In this document: piece by piece, positions 22,986 to 35,006 of the stretch
How the letters are laid out: each line of letters starts with the position of its first letter
How positions within the stretch are numbered: position 1 is the stretch's first letter
From: an uncultured Methanosarcinaceae archaeon
GTDB lineage: Archaea > Halobacteriota > Methanosarcinia > Methanosarcinales > Methanosarcinaceae
NCBI GenBank assembly: GCA_963733675.1
Contig: CAVTET010000004.1
Span: forward strand, 160,001 to 224,000
Direction of reading: 5' to 3'
Length of the DNA: 64,000 nt
The notes under the pieces: model-generated
Databases searched by the model: none
The model's input: only the letters and a program-made list of their open reading frames with translations
What the model was told of the DNA's origin: nothing
Program-made: the position numbers and the translations under genes

Positions 22986-24020
22986 ATGTATTAGGATATT
23001 GCCACTTTGAATGAGTGATATATGAGTTTTTTAATAAGATAATATTAGTACCTATTATCTCGACTCGCATAAGGACTCATGAAGGATATAATCCTATAAA
23101 CAAGTTTATTTGGCCAATATTATTGAGGATTGCGTATTATGGATTTTCAGGTTTGTCGAGAATCTGGAGGTGGAAATCATATCTAGCTTTATTGTTTCTG
23201 TACTGCCTTTCATATTTGGAGGCTTTTATCCCTATATTTTTAAGAGGACCTGATAAACTCCTAAATTTTGTCATATGTATATAAGAGACATATAAATAAT
23301 TCGTGAAAGTCAGATATTTATTGAAATAATCTTAAAGATTTTCCGACAGGTATTTCTCAGCAACCATTGGCACATATGTTTATAAATTCCACATTTACTT
23401 CATGGTCTATGCAATAACTATAGACTGCTCTAGCTCTCAATCAGCCGGAGAAAGCAAAGTTGGGAAAGGATTTATATCTCATGTTTGTAGACATAGAACT
23501 ATTATAATTTTTTTGAAGACCCTATTCTCTTGATGCACTTCTAGAGAGTTGTGGCCACTCAAATCTCCTTATTTATACTAGGAGCACAAATAGGATTGAC
23601 ATCTTCCATTACCTGGTTATCTATAGTTTTCAAATCTTCGATATTTATAGCCCCTCTTTAATCTCTACATCCTGCTAGGCATAAGATGGATGATTCCTCG
23701 ACGTATATAGGAGTAGATACATTAGGATACTATGAAAAAGATGTAGTAACTCAATACTTCATCCAGTTAACTGACACAGTATTGGTTATGTATCCATTGA
23801 AGTTTATTATCCGCATAGAAATTTTTTATTTGATTGACGTTCACTTTGAAGATAATAGTAATATTCACCCATGAAAACGTTAATCATAATGATTTTTTTT
23901 ATCCGTGGGTTTTCTCCTTCGACCCGGAATGAAATCAGAATGATACTGGGAATCTGATATTAAATTGGATATACTGATACATGTGTTTTAATTTAAGATT
24001 AAAAGATACAAATATTTCTG

Positions 24021-24776
24021 GTGAGAATAAGTATGGGAAGAGAAGAAGATTATGGCATGCGTAGTGAAGGGGAAGTAGTACAAATCGAAACCCTGGACGA
24101 AAGGATGGAAAATAGAAGATATGTTGGGGAAAAAAAAGATTCTTATACCGCTAAAACGGAAGCAAATACCTTTCAAGTTGGCAGAAACAACTCAAAAAAA
24201 GACGAGTTTATTGGATACATGACCATGCTATGGCCGTATCTGGTTATTATAATCGTTGTATTTTTCGGATCTTTACTCATGGGTTATGCTTCAGCAGCAA
24301 GTTTCCCTCATATGGCCGATAACCTGATGAAAGAGTTTAGTTCTCGCTTCGCGCCACTCCTGACACTGAGCCCCATCTACATATTGATCACGATCTTCCT
24401 TAATAATACCTTTGTGAGCCTAGTTTCCCTGATACTCGGGATAGCTGTAGGAATTTTCCCCATACTATTTATCGCTTCAAATGGATATTTTGTTGGAATG
24501 ATCTCGTACCTGGTAGGTCAGCAAAAGGGCTTTGTCTTTATTCTCCTTGCTCTTCTCCCTCACGGAGTAGTAGAGCTGCCTACGGTCTTCCTATCTGCAA
24601 GCATAGGGCTTCGGCTTGGGCACCATGTGTTTCTCTCTCTTATAGGCAGACCGACCGAGGTCAGAGAGGAAATTAAGAACGGGCTCAAGTTCTATTTCAG
24701 CTTGATCATGCCCTTCCTTTTCATTGCAGCAATTATTGAAACTTTTATTACGCCTCGCATCCTAAGTATTATTTAA
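24021..24776 (+). CDS. SpoIIM/DUF95-family membrane protein
   Basis: IFLNN, NG, LLPHGVVELP, AAIIETFITP. Confidence 0.85.
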   Translation: MRISMGREEDYGMRSEGEVVQIETLDERMENRRYVGEKKDSYTAKTEANTFQVGRNNSKKDEFIGYMTMLWPYLVIIIVVFFGSLLMGYASAASFPHMADNLMKEFSSRFAPLLTLSPIYILITIFLNNTFVSLVSLILGIAVGIFPILFIASNGYFVGMISYLVGQQKGFVFILLALLPHGVVELPTVFLSASIGLRLGHHVFLSLIGRPTEVREEIKNGLKFYFSLIMPFLFIAAIIETFITPRILSII

Positions 24777-25167
24777 AGAGCCTTGAAGGGTATGGATATC
24801 ACTGGAAAGGATCAGAGTATTTATTCTGGCCTACCCCCTATTATATAAATGATTACTGCTATTAGAAAGAGTTTTAATGGGTAAAGCTGTAAGGGAATTT
24901 TCATGAGTTATTGATAAAATCTGGAAAACGAGTATAAATATAATCCTATTGAAAAAATATCTAGAGTGTCTTATGGTTTGTGATTTTTTACAATTCACAG
25001 ATACTATCAGCTGTTAATTGAAAATAAATCTCTTCGAACTTCTATTTGATAAACTTCGCAGTAATTACTAGAATATGCAAGTCGAGAAATTTCCACTAGA
25101 GTATTAAGTTTGAGAAATGCTCATCATCATCCATTGGAAGAAATTTCCAAAGCTGAGGATTAGATAC

Positions 25168-26331
25168 ATGATTGACAGGAAAGAGATTAAGGAAATTGTT
25201 GAAGGTTACTATACATATGCTGATAAGATAAAAATAGGAACTATAGCATCTCACTCAGGACTCGATATCTGCGACGGGGCAATTGAAGAGGAATTCAGAA
25301 CTCTTGAAGTATGCCAAGCTGGTAGGGAAAAGACCTACAGCAAATATTTTAGATCCCAGAGAGACTCTCATGGGAAATTAAAACGGGGAATCATTGACGA
25401 GACAATTGTTTTTAATAAGTATGATGAGATCCTTCTGCCCGAAAACCAAAAAAAACTGGTTGAAGAGAATGTACTCTTTGTTCCCAACAGATCTTTCACC
25501 TCTTACTGTAATATAGATGAGATAGAGGAGAACTTCAGGGTACCTCTTGTAGGAAGCCGAAATCTCCTTCGGAGCGAAGAACGTAATGAGCTGCGTAGTT
25601 ATTACTGGATTCTGGAAAAAGCAGGTTTACCCTTCCCAGAAAAAATAGAGTCACCTAAGGATATTAACGAATTGGTAATAGTTAAGCTTCCACATGCAGT
25701 AAAAACACAGGAAAGAGGGTTTTTTACTGCTTCAAACTACGAGGAATACCTGGATAAATCCAAAACCCTCCTTAAGCAGGGGATCATTAAACGGGAAGCA
25801 CTTGAAAAAGCCAGAATAGAGCGGTATATCATAGGCCCTGTATTTAACCTTGACTTTTTTTACTCTCCAATAGAGCCTGAAATGAGCAATCTGGAACTTC
25901 TTGGCGTTGACTGGCGCTTTGAGACAAGCCTTGACGGACATGTAAGGCTTCCTGCCCCGCAACAAATTTCCCTAGTCAAACATCAGCTAACTCCTGAATA
26001 CACGGTATGCGGGCACAACTCTGCAACACTTCGGGAGTCTCTTCTCGAAAAAGTGTTTGAAATGGGAGAAAAGTATGTAATGGCTACCCAGGAACATTAT
26101 GCTCCAGGAATTATAGGACCTTTCTGTCTGCAAACCTGTGTGGACAAGGACCTGAATTTCTATATTTACGATGTAGCCCCAAGAGTGGGAGGTGGAACAA
26201 ATGTGCACATGTCAGTTGGGCATTCTTACGGTAACTCACTCTGGAGGAGACCAATGAGTACGGGAAGAAGATTAGCCTTTGAGATCAGGCGTGCTCTGGA
26301 ACTCGAGAAACTCGAAATGATAGTCACATAA
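25168..26331 (+). CDS. PurP-like ATP-grasp enzyme (formate-dependent AICAR formyltransferase family)
   Basis: GTIASHSGLDICDGA, FVPNRSF, GPFCLQ, RVGGGTN, PMSTGRR. Start MIDRKEI at 25168. Confidence 0.85.
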   Translation: MIDRKEIKEIVEGYYTYADKIKIGTIASHSGLDICDGAIEEEFRTLEVCQAGREKTYSKYFRSQRDSHGKLKRGIIDETIVFNKYDEILLPENQKKLVEENVLFVPNRSFTSYCNIDEIEENFRVPLVGSRNLLRSEERNELRSYYWILEKAGLPFPEKIESPKDINELVIVKLPHAVKTQERGFFTASNYEEYLDKSKTLLKQGIIKREALEKARIERYIIGPVFNLDFFYSPIEPEMSNLELLGVDWRFETSLDGHVRLPAPQQISLVKHQLTPEYTVCGHNSATLRESLLEKVFEMGEKYVMATQEHYAPGIIGPFCLQTCVDKDLNFYIYDVAPRVGGGTNVHMSVGHSYGNSLWRRPMSTGRRLAFEIRRALELEKLEMIVT

Positions 26332-26564
26332 ATATATAAAGGCTTTCCGGCATTAGTAGATATATAATTATGCAGCATATTATAAACTTTAGAATTATCG
26401 TCTGAATCTGCAAAATTCATGTCGCGAAAAAAATATAATGAAATAACTTGCCCGAATTTTCGATTATGAAAATTCAGAATCTACCCACGGATCAGAAATG
26501 GATTCCAAGTTAATTTTTAAGCCAACATCCAGCGAAAATCCCGGTTTAAAATACAATTATACTA

Positions 26565-26656
26565 TATAGGATTTTGATAACCCTCTGAGTTTCACGAGTT
26601 ATTTATTTACCATTTGTGATCAATGACCAAATTCAGGGGTTTATCTAAATTCTCTA
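26565..26656. mobile_element. MITE family 1, copy E
   Basis: TATAGGATTTTGATAACCC ... GGGGTTTATCTAAATTCTCTA. Confidence 0.75.
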
Positions 26657-26797
26657 TAAATTGCAGGCCAGATGAGTTTAGATTTGGGATTTGCGGACCC
26701 TCTTAAAAAAACAATGTAAAATTCTTATGGCACATATTTCAGATCAAATACCTGTCTTATATCGGATTAGCTTCATTTTACTGGAGGAAATTACAAC

Positions 26798-28024
26798 TTG
26801 AGTCAGCCCTGTGTTAATATCGGCATGGTAGGACATGTCGACCATGGAAAAACCACGCTTGTTAAAGCCTTATCAGGCGTCTGGACAGATACGCATAGTG
26901 AAGAAGTAAAAAGAGGAATTTCTATCAGGCTGGGGTATGCAGACTCACCATTTATGAAGTGTCCTAAATGCCTTGAGCCTTATTGTTACACTGTGGAAAA
27001 GACTTGTCCTAACTGCGGTGAAAAAACGGTAGAACATCGGACAGTGTCTTTTGTAGATGCTCCAGGACACGAAACCCTGATGGCAACCATGCTCTCAGGA
27101 GCTGCAATTATGGATGGTGCAGTGCTGGTAATTGCTGCAAATGAAGATTGCCCACAGCCACAGACAAAGGAACATTTGATGGCCCTGGATATAATAGGGA
27201 TTGAAAATATCGTAATAGTGCAAAATAAAATTGATCTTGTATCCAAAGAACGTCTTATGGAGCACTACAATCAGATAAAGGAGTTTGTCAAAGGAACGGT
27301 GGCCGAAAAAGCACCTATAATACCTATCTCTGCTCAACAGAATATCAACATTGATGTCCTGATCGACGCTCTAAAAACCCAAATTCCGACTCCTGTCCAC
27401 AAAATGGATAAGCCTGCAAGCATGCTGATTGCGCGGTCTTTTGACATCAACAAGCCGGGGGCTTCAATCGACGAAATTTATGGAGGAGTCATTGGAGGCA
27501 CCTTGACAGATGGTGTACTTCATCCTGGGGACGAACTCGAGATAAGGCCTGGAATTAAGGTTACAACCGAAGGAAGTACCAGATGGATTCCCATCTTAAC
27601 AGTTGTTTCATCTATCTATGCAGGAGCAAAAAAAGTAGAAGAAGCAACTCCAGGAGGTCTTCTGGCTGTTGGAACTTATCTTGATCCTACCCTTACGAAA
27701 GGTGATTCTTTAACAGGACAGATTGCAGGCGCACCAGGTACACTTCCAGATACTAGACACCAGTTTGTTATGGAATTACACTTGCTTGAGAGGGTTGTTG
27801 GAGTTACAAGAGAAGAAAAAATCAATGAAATTAAGACCAGCGAACCCCTTATGCTCAACATAGGAACCGCAACGACTGTAGGAGTAGTCACAAGTGCTAG
27901 GAAAAATGAAGCACAAGTAGCACTTAAACGTCCGATAAGTGCAGCCATTGGGGCACGGGTTGCTATTAGCAGGAGAATTGATTCTCGCTGGCGGCTCATT
28001 GGAGTAGGGGTAATTAAAAGTTGA
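26798..28024 (+). CDS. eif2g: Translation initiation factor aIF2 gamma
   Basis: [19 protein letters not shown], Zn knuckle, DAPGHE, NKID. Confidence 0.97.
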   Translation: MSQPCVNIGMVGHVDHGKTTLVKALSGVWTDTHSEEVKRGISIRLGYADSPFMKCPKCLEPYCYTVEKTCPNCGEKTVEHRTVSFVDAPGHETLMATMLSGAAIMDGAVLVIAANEDCPQPQTKEHLMALDIIGIENIVIVQNKIDLVSKERLMEHYNQIKEFVKGTVAEKAPIIPISAQQNINIDVLIDALKTQIPTPVHKMDKPASMLIARSFDINKPGASIDEIYGGVIGGTLTDGVLHPGDELEIRPGIKVTTEGSTRWIPILTVVSSIYAGAKKVEEATPGGLLAVGTYLDPTLTKGDSLTGQIAGAPGTLPDTRHQFVMELHLLERVVGVTREEKINEIKTSEPLMLNIGTATTVGVVTSARKNEAQVALKRPISAAIGARVAISRRIDSRWRLIGVGVIKS

Positions 28025-28386
28025 AAATCATAATTGACACTAATGGATTCATGGTCCCAATCCAATTCGGAGTAGATATTTTCGAAGAACTTAATAGGCT
28101 GGGGTTTAACGAATTTTGTGTGCCCGAAGCTGTAATATTCGAGATAGAAAGACTGATAAAGCGGGAAAAAGGTTCGGACAGAACAGCCGCAAAAGTCGCC
28201 AGGTCCATGATGGGGAGATGCGAGCGAATAGTTGCTACAGGGTCTGCAGATGATGTGATTCTAAGGCTAGCAAAGAATATGGGAGCCGCTGTTCTGACAA
28301 ACGATAGAGAATTGAAGCGAAGGCTTGCAGATAATAGGATACAGACTGTTTCCATGCGTCAGAAAAACAAGCTGGACATCGTATAA
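28021..28386 (+). CDS. PIN-domain protein (Fcf1/Utp24-like)
   Basis: IIDTN, ADD, TNDREL, in the conserved position after aIF2-gamma. Confidence 0.85.
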   Translation: MKIIIDTNGFMVPIQFGVDIFEELNRLGFNEFCVPEAVIFEIERLIKREKGSDRTAAKVARSMMGRCERIVATGSADDVILRLAKNMGAAVLTNDRELKRRLADNRIQTVSMRQKNKLDIV

Positions 28387-28446
28387 AGAGCCACCATTTT
28401 TTTTAAGGTAGTATTGTAATTGATTGTGTTTAAAGGTGATTAACAT

Positions 28447-29031
28447 ATGTATAAAATGATGACACTAGTTGATACTGTTCGCATCCCTCCTACCTTGCTT
28501 GGGGAAGAAGTGATGTCAACTATTAAAAACGCTTTAAGGGAAAAACTGGAGGGACAAGTCGACAAAAAACTTGGTTCCCTCGTAGCTATTTGCAAGATCA
28601 CCGAAATTGGAGAAGGGCATATACTCGTAGGAGACGGGGCAGTATATTATGATGTGACGTTCGAAGCCGTCATGTTTGTACCTGAGCTCCAGGAAATAAT
28701 TGAAGGTGAAGTTGTGGAAGCCGTCGGTTTCGGAGTTTTCGTAGGCATGGGGCCAATGGACGGATTGCTTCACGTCAGCCAAATTACGGATGATTTTTTT
28801 TCATACGATTCCAAAAACGCGAGGCTTGTAACCAAAAATGGAAGCAAGTCAATCGCTGAGGGAGATCATGTGAGAGCCAGGGTTGTTGCAGTAAGCATCA
28901 ACGAAAGAGAGCCAAAAGAGAGCAAAATAGGACTTACCATGCGTCAGACTGCTCTTGGAAAACTTCAGTGGCTCGAAGAAGCCAACAAAAAGAAACAGCT
29001 TCATGAAGTTCTAAATGAAGGGACTGCATGA
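28447..29031 (+). CDS. rpoE1: RNA polymerase subunit E' (Rpo7)
   Basis: VRIPP, GDGAVYY, S1 domain DGLLHVSQI, KIGLTMRQ. Confidence 0.95.
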   Translation: MYKMMTLVDTVRIPPTLLGEEVMSTIKNALREKLEGQVDKKLGSLVAICKITEIGEGHILVGDGAVYYDVTFEAVMFVPELQEIIEGEVVEAVGFGVFVGMGPMDGLLHVSQITDDFFSYDSKNARLVTKNGSKSIAEGDHVRARVVAVSINEREPKESKIGLTMRQTALGKLQWLEEANKKKQLHEVLNEGTA

Positions 29032-29056
29032 AAAGAAACAAAAAAGAGGATTTTTA

Positions 29057-29242
29057 ATGACAGAAAAAGTTTGTCGTCACTGCATGAGGGTCTTGGAAGG
29101 ACAAAATTGCCCTATCTGCGGGACTTCAGATCTGGCAGAAGGATGGAGTGGGCTTTTAATTATTCTGGACGCTGAGCGCTCAAAAATCGCAAAAAAACTT
29201 GGGGTAGATATCCCAGATAGATTTGCCTTGAAGGTGCGCTGA
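29057..29242 (+). CDS. spt4: Transcription elongation factor Spt4 (RpoE'')
   Basis: CRHC...CPICG...WSG...FALKVR. Start MTEKVC at 29057. Confidence 0.93.
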   Translation: MTEKVCRHCMRVLEGQNCPICGTSDLAEGWSGLLIILDAERSKIAKKLGVDIPDRFALKVR

Positions 29243-29243
29243 T

Positions 29244-29831
29244 TTGAGAATTCAAATAGAACTGCCTAGAGAACTTCGCCCTCTTATGAAAAAACCTTTC
29301 GGTAAACTTTATGCAGGGAATGGCAGCGATACCATAGAGAAGTTTGTAGGGGAGCTTGCAAGCTCCACAAAACTTATATCCGTAGGGGATGTTACTACCT
29401 TCCACTTACTAGAAGCTGGGATTTTTCCGGACATCTGTATTGTGGACAATCGCACCAAAAGGAAACCTGTTGCTAGACATGTTTCGACTCGGAACATGGA
29501 CAACGTCTATGAAGAAGTTTCTGTGGAGAATCCAGCAGGGATTATTACAGATGAATTAATTAAAACCCTTTGTGAAGCTTTTACCTCCGAAAAGCCTATA
29601 AGGATTTTCGTAAAAGGAGAAGAAGATCTGGCCACCCTTCCTGTAATCTTGTTGGCTCCCCTGGGAGCTGTGGTTCTGTACGGCCAACCTGATGAAGGCG
29701 TAGTTTTTGTGAAGGTCACTGAGGAAAAGAAAAGGGAGATAAGGACTCTATTTGAAAAACTCATCAGCGATAATCAGAATTACGAATTGGATAAAATACG
29801 GAGAATCTTAGATGGACATAAAGATCCTTAA
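29244..29831 (+). CDS. GTP-dependent dephospho-CoA kinase (DUF359)
   Basis: VGDVTT, VDNRTKR, GEEDLA, YGQP. Confidence 0.9.
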   Translation: MRIQIELPRELRPLMKKPFGKLYAGNGSDTIEKFVGELASSTKLISVGDVTTFHLLEAGIFPDICIVDNRTKRKPVARHVSTRNMDNVYEEVSVENPAGIITDELIKTLCEAFTSEKPIRIFVKGEEDLATLPVILLAPLGAVVLYGQPDEGVVFVKVTEEKKREIRTLFEKLISDNQNYELDKIRRILDGHKDP

Positions 29832-30117
29832 AGACAAAAAAAATGCACTTTTAAACAGAAGGGAACTGAATTTCATAGTGAAATATGAAGGTTCGACTCC
29901 TTCCAGAAATGATGTCAGGAATAAACTTGCTGCAATATTGAATGCACCCCTTGAAATGCTAGTAATCCAGAGAATCAAAACAGAATACGGAATGCAGGAA
30001 AGTAAGGGCTATGCCAAACTCTACGAAAATGCAAATCGCATGAAAGAAGTAGAACTGGAATACATCTTGAAGAGAAAACAAGCTCCCTTAGAAGAAACTG
30101 AGGGGAAAGAGGCCTAA
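29812..30117 (+). CDS. rps24e: 30S ribosomal protein S24e
   Basis: [18 protein letters not shown]. Confidence 0.95.
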   Translation: MDIKILKDKKNALLNRRELNFIVKYEGSTPSRNDVRNKLAAILNAPLEMLVIQRIKTEYGMQESKGYAKLYENANRMKEVELEYILKRKQAPLEETEGKEA

Positions 30118-30140
30118 AACCTTGATAGAGGTGTATACAC

Positions 30141-30290
30141 ATGCCAGTTAAAAAATACTATAAAGTCCAGGGCGATTCAGTAACCAGACTCAAGCAATTC
30201 TGTCCAAGATGTGGACCAGGTGTATTCCTTGCCGAACACAAAAACCGCCTTGCCTGTGGAAAGTGCGGTTATACTGAATTCAAGAAGTAA
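30141..30290 (+). CDS. rps27ae: 30S ribosomal protein S27ae
   Basis: Not in ORF track (49 aa). [49 protein letters not shown]. Confidence 0.95.
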   Translation: MPVKKYYKVQGDSVTRLKQFCPRCGPGVFLAEHKNRLACGKCGYTEFKK

Positions 30291-30669
30291 TCTATTTTAT
30301 AAAATAATTTAAATGAATTAGGAATGCTACAGTATTAATAATCTCATAGTTCCGAAATCATTTCTACAAATCAGAAAAATATCCAATAAAATTATTTAAA
30401 GCAATGAAGTGGTTAATTAAAACAACGGAAAATAACTCCACTTTTGGTATAGACACAACCAGTTTATTTCCTATATTTTTTAAATTAGGTAGTATCTTTG
30501 ATAAATTAATTTATCTGATTAAGTAAACTATGGATATCAAGAAGTTTTTAATTTTTATTTCATGCTGTTACAGCCTCTACAAATTCTCTTGAGTCTACAA
30601 CCAACGATCTAAGGTCAGAAATACGAGAATAAGAATTTATTAAATTTATATTATTTTGGATTAAATAAA

Positions 30670-31150
30670 AGTTGTGGTGCTGCACTCATTTTGAAAAAAC
30701 GTTGTATGTTCATATTACCACGCTGGTTATATAGAAATTGTTCACAATCAATTGTTTTTATTTGCTAAGTATGCTTTGTTTTCGTTCTGCATTCCCTTGT
30801 TTTGAACATACCTTTTAATTACATCGGAAGTTGTGCCATCAACCGCAGTTCCAATGTAATCTCAATTACTCTTAAGTCGATCAAATACAACTGTTTTTAA
30901 ATTTCAGAGTATTCTTCAACAACTTTTCTTGCTGTGGTACCTTTTATAATCTGCATCACTATTGAAAAAAAATAGTTTAGTTCAGCACCAATGAAAAGAT
31001 GTAAATGATCATCACCAATAGAGATTACATCAAACTAAAAACAATATCTCTTACCATTTTAAAGCGAATATATTTCAAAATCGTTGATTCTATCATTGCC
31101 TAAATGAAATTTCTCACGATATTCATGCAAATAAAAACAATATGATATCT
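30670..31150 (-). pseudogene. Second degenerate IS200 TnpA copy, truncated at the same point by a MITE
   Basis: Reverse complement aligns with 19255-19730 (DDHLHLFIGAE, VMQIIKG, GTTSDVIK). Confidence 0.8.
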
Positions 31151-31245
31151 TAGAGGATTTCGAGAAGCTCCTAAATTTGATCACATGATTATAAGTTATA
31201 TATAAGTTACTAGTGAAAATTAGAGAGGTTTAACAGAATTCTCCT
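31151..31245. mobile_element. MITE family 1, copy F
   Basis: TAGAGGATTTCGAGAAGC ... GAGGTTTAACAGAATTCTC. Confidence 0.75.
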
Positions 31246-31409
31246 TATTTTTATAAACACAATAGTTTGAATTCCGTAATTACATTTTAGAGTTCAAAAG
31301 TAGATAAAAATATGAATCAGTTAGTTGACAAAGGTTTTCGGGGAAGTTTGCATTCCCATTGAAAGCTAAAGGTATTCGATTTGAATAAAAAAAAGTGAAA
31401 ATTCAGTTT

Positions 31410-32300
31410 TCACTTAAGACCATAGTGTTTTATATTCCAGTCTGCAGTGTCCTGGATTTTCTGGATTTCTTCTTCACCTCCTTCCATGGTGAAGAGGTGT
31501 TTGAATCTTTTTTGAGTTCTTAGGTATTCATCGACTGGCCTGGGATCCTTGATCCTCCTGACCTGCATTATTTCTCCGTATTCCATATCATACATCGGCC
31601 AGAGACCGGTTTCTACTGCGAGTTTGGCAATCTCCAAGGTCTTTGAAGTGTCAAAGCCCCAGCCTGTAGTACATGGGGAGTGGGAATGGATATATGTAGG
31701 GCCTACGATTTCTGTAGCTTTTTTTACCTTCCGGATCATGTCTCTTGGGAAGCCTATTGAGGTTGTGGCTACATACGGAGAGCCGTGAGCTGCAATAATG
31801 GCGGGCATATTTTTTTTTGGCCGCGGGTTTCCAAAGGAGAATTTTCCAGCTGGGCTTGTTGTGGTACTAGCATCGTACGGGGTTCCACTGCTGCGTTGGA
31901 TTCCAGTGTTCATGTAGGCTTCGTTGTCCATGCATATATAAGTGAAATCATGACCCCGCTCAAAAGCACCTGAAATGGCACCGATTCCGATGTCCATCGT
32001 AGAGCCATCGCCTCCGATCGCGATAACCTTGATGTCGTTTTTTTTACCAAGGGCTTTTAAGGCAGCTTCTACACCTGATGCCACTGCGCCTCCATTTTCA
32101 AAGAGAGAGTGAATCCAGGGGACCTTCCAAGATGACAGCGGGAAAGGTGTTGACATAACTTCAAGGCAGCCGGTAGGATTAACTACAATACAATTCGGAC
32201 CTGCGCCCATAAGTGTGAATTTTGCAACAAAGGCATCACAGCAGCCTGCACAACCGCTATGCCCCGAAGAAAGATACATTTTTGGTGCAACTTTAGTCAT
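31410..32300 (-). CDS. porB: Pyruvate:ferredoxin oxidoreductase beta subunit
   Basis: GHSGCAGC, TPP motif GGDG...DNEAYMNTG. Confidence 0.93.
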   Translation of the reverse strand: MTKVAPKMYLSSGHSGCAGCCDAFVAKFTLMGAGPNCIVVNPTGCLEVMSTPFPLSSWKVPWIHSLFENGGAVASGVEAALKALGKKNDIKVIAIGGDGSTMDIGIGAISGAFERGHDFTYICMDNEAYMNTGIQRSSGTPYDASTTTSPAGKFSFGNPRPKKNMPAIIAAHGSPYVATTSIGFPRDMIRKVKKATEIVGPTYIHSHSPCTTGWGFDTSKTLEIAKLAVETGLWPMYDMEYGEIMQVRRIKDPRPVDEYLRTQKRFKHLFTMEGGEEEIQKIQDTADWNIKHYGLK

Positions 32301-33505
32301 AGTAACTCCTCCTTAAGGTCCAGGAATTGGCTTTCAACCATGATTCCAGATTTTGCAGCTGCCTTGGTTCCTTCAATAACTTTTACAATGCTTTCTATAC
32401 GAATGTCACGGCCTCCATGACCCAGAGTATAGCCCACGAGCGGTATGCGGACTTTGCTATTATAGAGGCAGGATTTGGTTTCGGTAAACAGGGCTCCTTC
32501 GTTTGTTCCTATAGATATATTCTTATCAAGCACAACAACTGCATTCGCATTCTGAATTGACTCAAGAATCTGCTCCTTCGGGAAGGGCCTGAAAGATCTG
32601 ACTTTTAAAACACCAATCTTTTCTCCTTTTGCCCTGTACTGATCCACAACATCTTTAACAGTCCCAAGAACAGAGCCCATACCCATGATAACAATTTCAG
32701 CATCCTCAATCATGTATCCATCAACAAGCCCACCGTGAAACCTGCCGAAAACTTCCTCAAACTCCTTCGCCACGGCTTCAATCTTCGGAAGAGCTTTCCG
32801 CATTGCCTGTTCCTGTAAGTATCTGAATTCTTCGTAAGTATCAGGCGTTGCAAAGGCTCCAAAAGTCTTAGGATCTTCCGGGTCAAGCACATTTTCGGGA
32901 TGGAAAGGCGGGAGGAAATTATCAACAAGATTCTGTTCAAGCAATACAACGGGCTCATAAACATGCGATAGAATAAAACCATCCATGCAGACCATTCCTG
33001 GTAACATGATTTCATGATCCTCTGCAATCTTATAGATTTGAGGTAGGGTATCAGATGCTTCCTGCACATCTTCTACATAAAGCTGAATCCAGCCGGTATC
33101 TCTTTGGGCAATCGCATCCTGATGGTCATTCCATATATTTATAGGAGCACTAACAGCCCTGTTTGTAACTGTCATTATAATTGGAAACCTCATGCCTGAA
33201 GCGTTAAAAAGTGCCTCATGCATTAGTAAGAGTCCCTGAGAAGTGGTAGCTGAATAGGTTCTTGCGCCTACTGCTGCTGCTCCTATAAGCGAAGAAATTG
33301 CCGAGAATTCTGATTCAACATTTAAATATTCACAGTTGGGAATCTCACCATCTGCTATGAATTGAGCCAGATTTTCAACAATATGGGTTTGGGGGGTGAT
33401 TGGATAAGCTGAGATTACGTTTGGATGACAGATTTTTGCGGAATGAGCCACAGCATAAGAACCTTCCACGACTACCATTTTCTCTTTATCAGCCGGGTTG
33501 ATCAT
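32297..33505 (-). CDS. porA: Pyruvate:ferredoxin oxidoreductase alpha subunit
   Basis: AYPITPQT, ESE, TTSQGL, DGFILSH. Confidence 0.93.
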   Translation of the reverse strand: MINPADKEKMVVVEGSYAVAHSAKICHPNVISAYPITPQTHIVENLAQFIADGEIPNCEYLNVESEFSAISSLIGAAAVGARTYSATTSQGLLLMHEALFNASGMRFPIIMTVTNRAVSAPINIWNDHQDAIAQRDTGWIQLYVEDVQEASDTLPQIYKIAEDHEIMLPGMVCMDGFILSHVYEPVVLLEQNLVDNFLPPFHPENVLDPEDPKTFGAFATPDTYEEFRYLQEQAMRKALPKIEAVAKEFEEVFGRFHGGLVDGYMIEDAEIVIMGMGSVLGTVKDVVDQYRAKGEKIGVLKVRSFRPFPKEQILESIQNANAVVVLDKNISIGTNEGALFTETKSCLYNSKVRIPLVGYTLGHGGRDIRIESIVKVIEGTKAAAKSGIMVESQFLDLKEELL

Positions 33506-33837
33506 TATTTCTCCTCCAAAATCATCTCGATTGCATCTTCAGGGCACTCATTTGCGCAGATACCGCAGCCTTTGCAATAATCGTAATCGTGCTCGAAAAA
33601 GCCGTCTTCCCTAGGTTTGACTGACATGTCAGGGCATACGATCTCGCAGATTCCGCACTTGGTACATTTGTCATAATTATAAATAGGACGAAAATTCCTC
33701 CAGCCTCCTGTTTTGTTTTTAAGGGTCGAACCAGGTTTACAGACACTGCAGCATGTGATTTTCGATTCTCTCGTTTCATGATCATTTTTTAAAATTTCAG
33801 GACATATTGTGCTGTCTTGACTAGCTTCAATAGTCAT
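33505..33837 (-). CDS. porD: Pyruvate:ferredoxin oxidoreductase delta subunit
   Basis: KTGGWR and two CxxCxxCxxxCP motifs. Confidence 0.92.
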   Translation of the reverse strand: MTIEASQDSTICPEILKNDHETRESKITCCSVCKPGSTLKNKTGGWRNFRPIYNYDKCTKCGICEIVCPDMSVKPREDGFFEHDYDYCKGCGICANECPEDAIEMILEEK

Positions 33838-34379
33838 ACTCTCACCTTAATGAGCTCGTAAGCTTTTTGAATCGCCTCTGCATTCTTTTCTCCAATTTTT
33901 CCTGGAAAACGAGCCTTTATCGCATGATAGATAGATTCCACTTTAATTTCTTCAGTTGCGCCCGCAAAAGCTCCAAGGAGAACAGTGTTTACTATGGGAC
34001 GACCTATGATATCCATTGCCACCTTTGTAGCGTCCGCAGTCATAACTCTAGCATTTGTATTAATTTTCAAACTTTCCGGTTTTTCTGTAGTGTTGACAAT
34101 AATTACTCCATCATCTTTTATCCCGTTTGCAACGTCAACAGTTTCAAGGAGGGTTACATCCTGAACAATAACATAATCAGGGGTATATATCTGGCTTCTG
34201 AGCCTGATTGGATTGTTACTGATCCTGGTAAATGCTTGTACAGGAGCGCCTCTGCGCTCTACCCCAAAAGCAGGAAAAGCCTGGCTAAATTTTCCATCTT
34301 TAAAAGCTGCGACGGAAAGCAGCTCAGCCGCGGTGACAGAACCTTGACCTCCTCGACCATGTATTCTAATTTCCTTCAT
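33834..34379 (-). CDS. porC: Pyruvate:ferredoxin oxidoreductase gamma subunit
   Basis: [17 protein letters not shown]. Confidence 0.93.
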   Translation of the reverse strand: MKEIRIHGRGGQGSVTAAELLSVAAFKDGKFSQAFPAFGVERRGAPVQAFTRISNNPIRLRSQIYTPDYVIVQDVTLLETVDVANGIKDDGVIIVNTTEKPESLKINTNARVMTADATKVAMDIIGRPIVNTVLLGAFAGATEEIKVESIYHAIKARFPGKIGEKNAEAIQKAYELIKVRV

Positions 34380-34566
34380 ATGGATTCTCCTTCTTGAATC
34401 GCTTATCTAGATGTCATTATGTCTATTGATTCGTCAGAAAAAATTTAAACATTAGACGATTTATTCAGGCACCACTGCGATATTCACTACTGATCACAAG
34501 GCTTTAAAACATAGATTGTTAACAGTTAGACGTTCAATCCGTTTCTGTTCCTTTTTTGACTGATTG

Positions 34567-34658
34567 TAGAGAATTTCGATAAACCGATGAATTTCAAGAG
34601 TCATATATACTATTTATAAACCATATGACAAAGTTTTGGAGTTTATCTAAATTCTCTC
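34567..34658. mobile_element. MITE family 1, copy G
   Basis: TAGAGAATTTCGATAAACC ... GTTTATCTAAATTCTCT. Confidence 0.75.
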
Positions 34659-35006
34659 TAGTCAATTTGTAGTGGAATTAATAGTAAGTTTTGGTGATCT
34701 AAGAAAATATTAAAAAATCTCCAAACATCGATCTGGAACTATTCATATAACTTATTACAACAATCAATAAAATCAATATATTCATAATTATATATCCATG
34801 CCTTCAGTGCCCAATAGCTCATGGATAATAATGTAAGTTATTATTAGGTTTTCGGTGGGATTAGATAAATGTGTCTATATTTCTCCATTTTAGATTATAT
34901 TCTGAATGTATTTATCTTCAAACTCTTCAAATTTAACTTGTACCAATAATTATGTTTTAAATGGGTTTGATTATAAACGAATCTTATTTTTTTAAAAAAT
35001 TATTTT

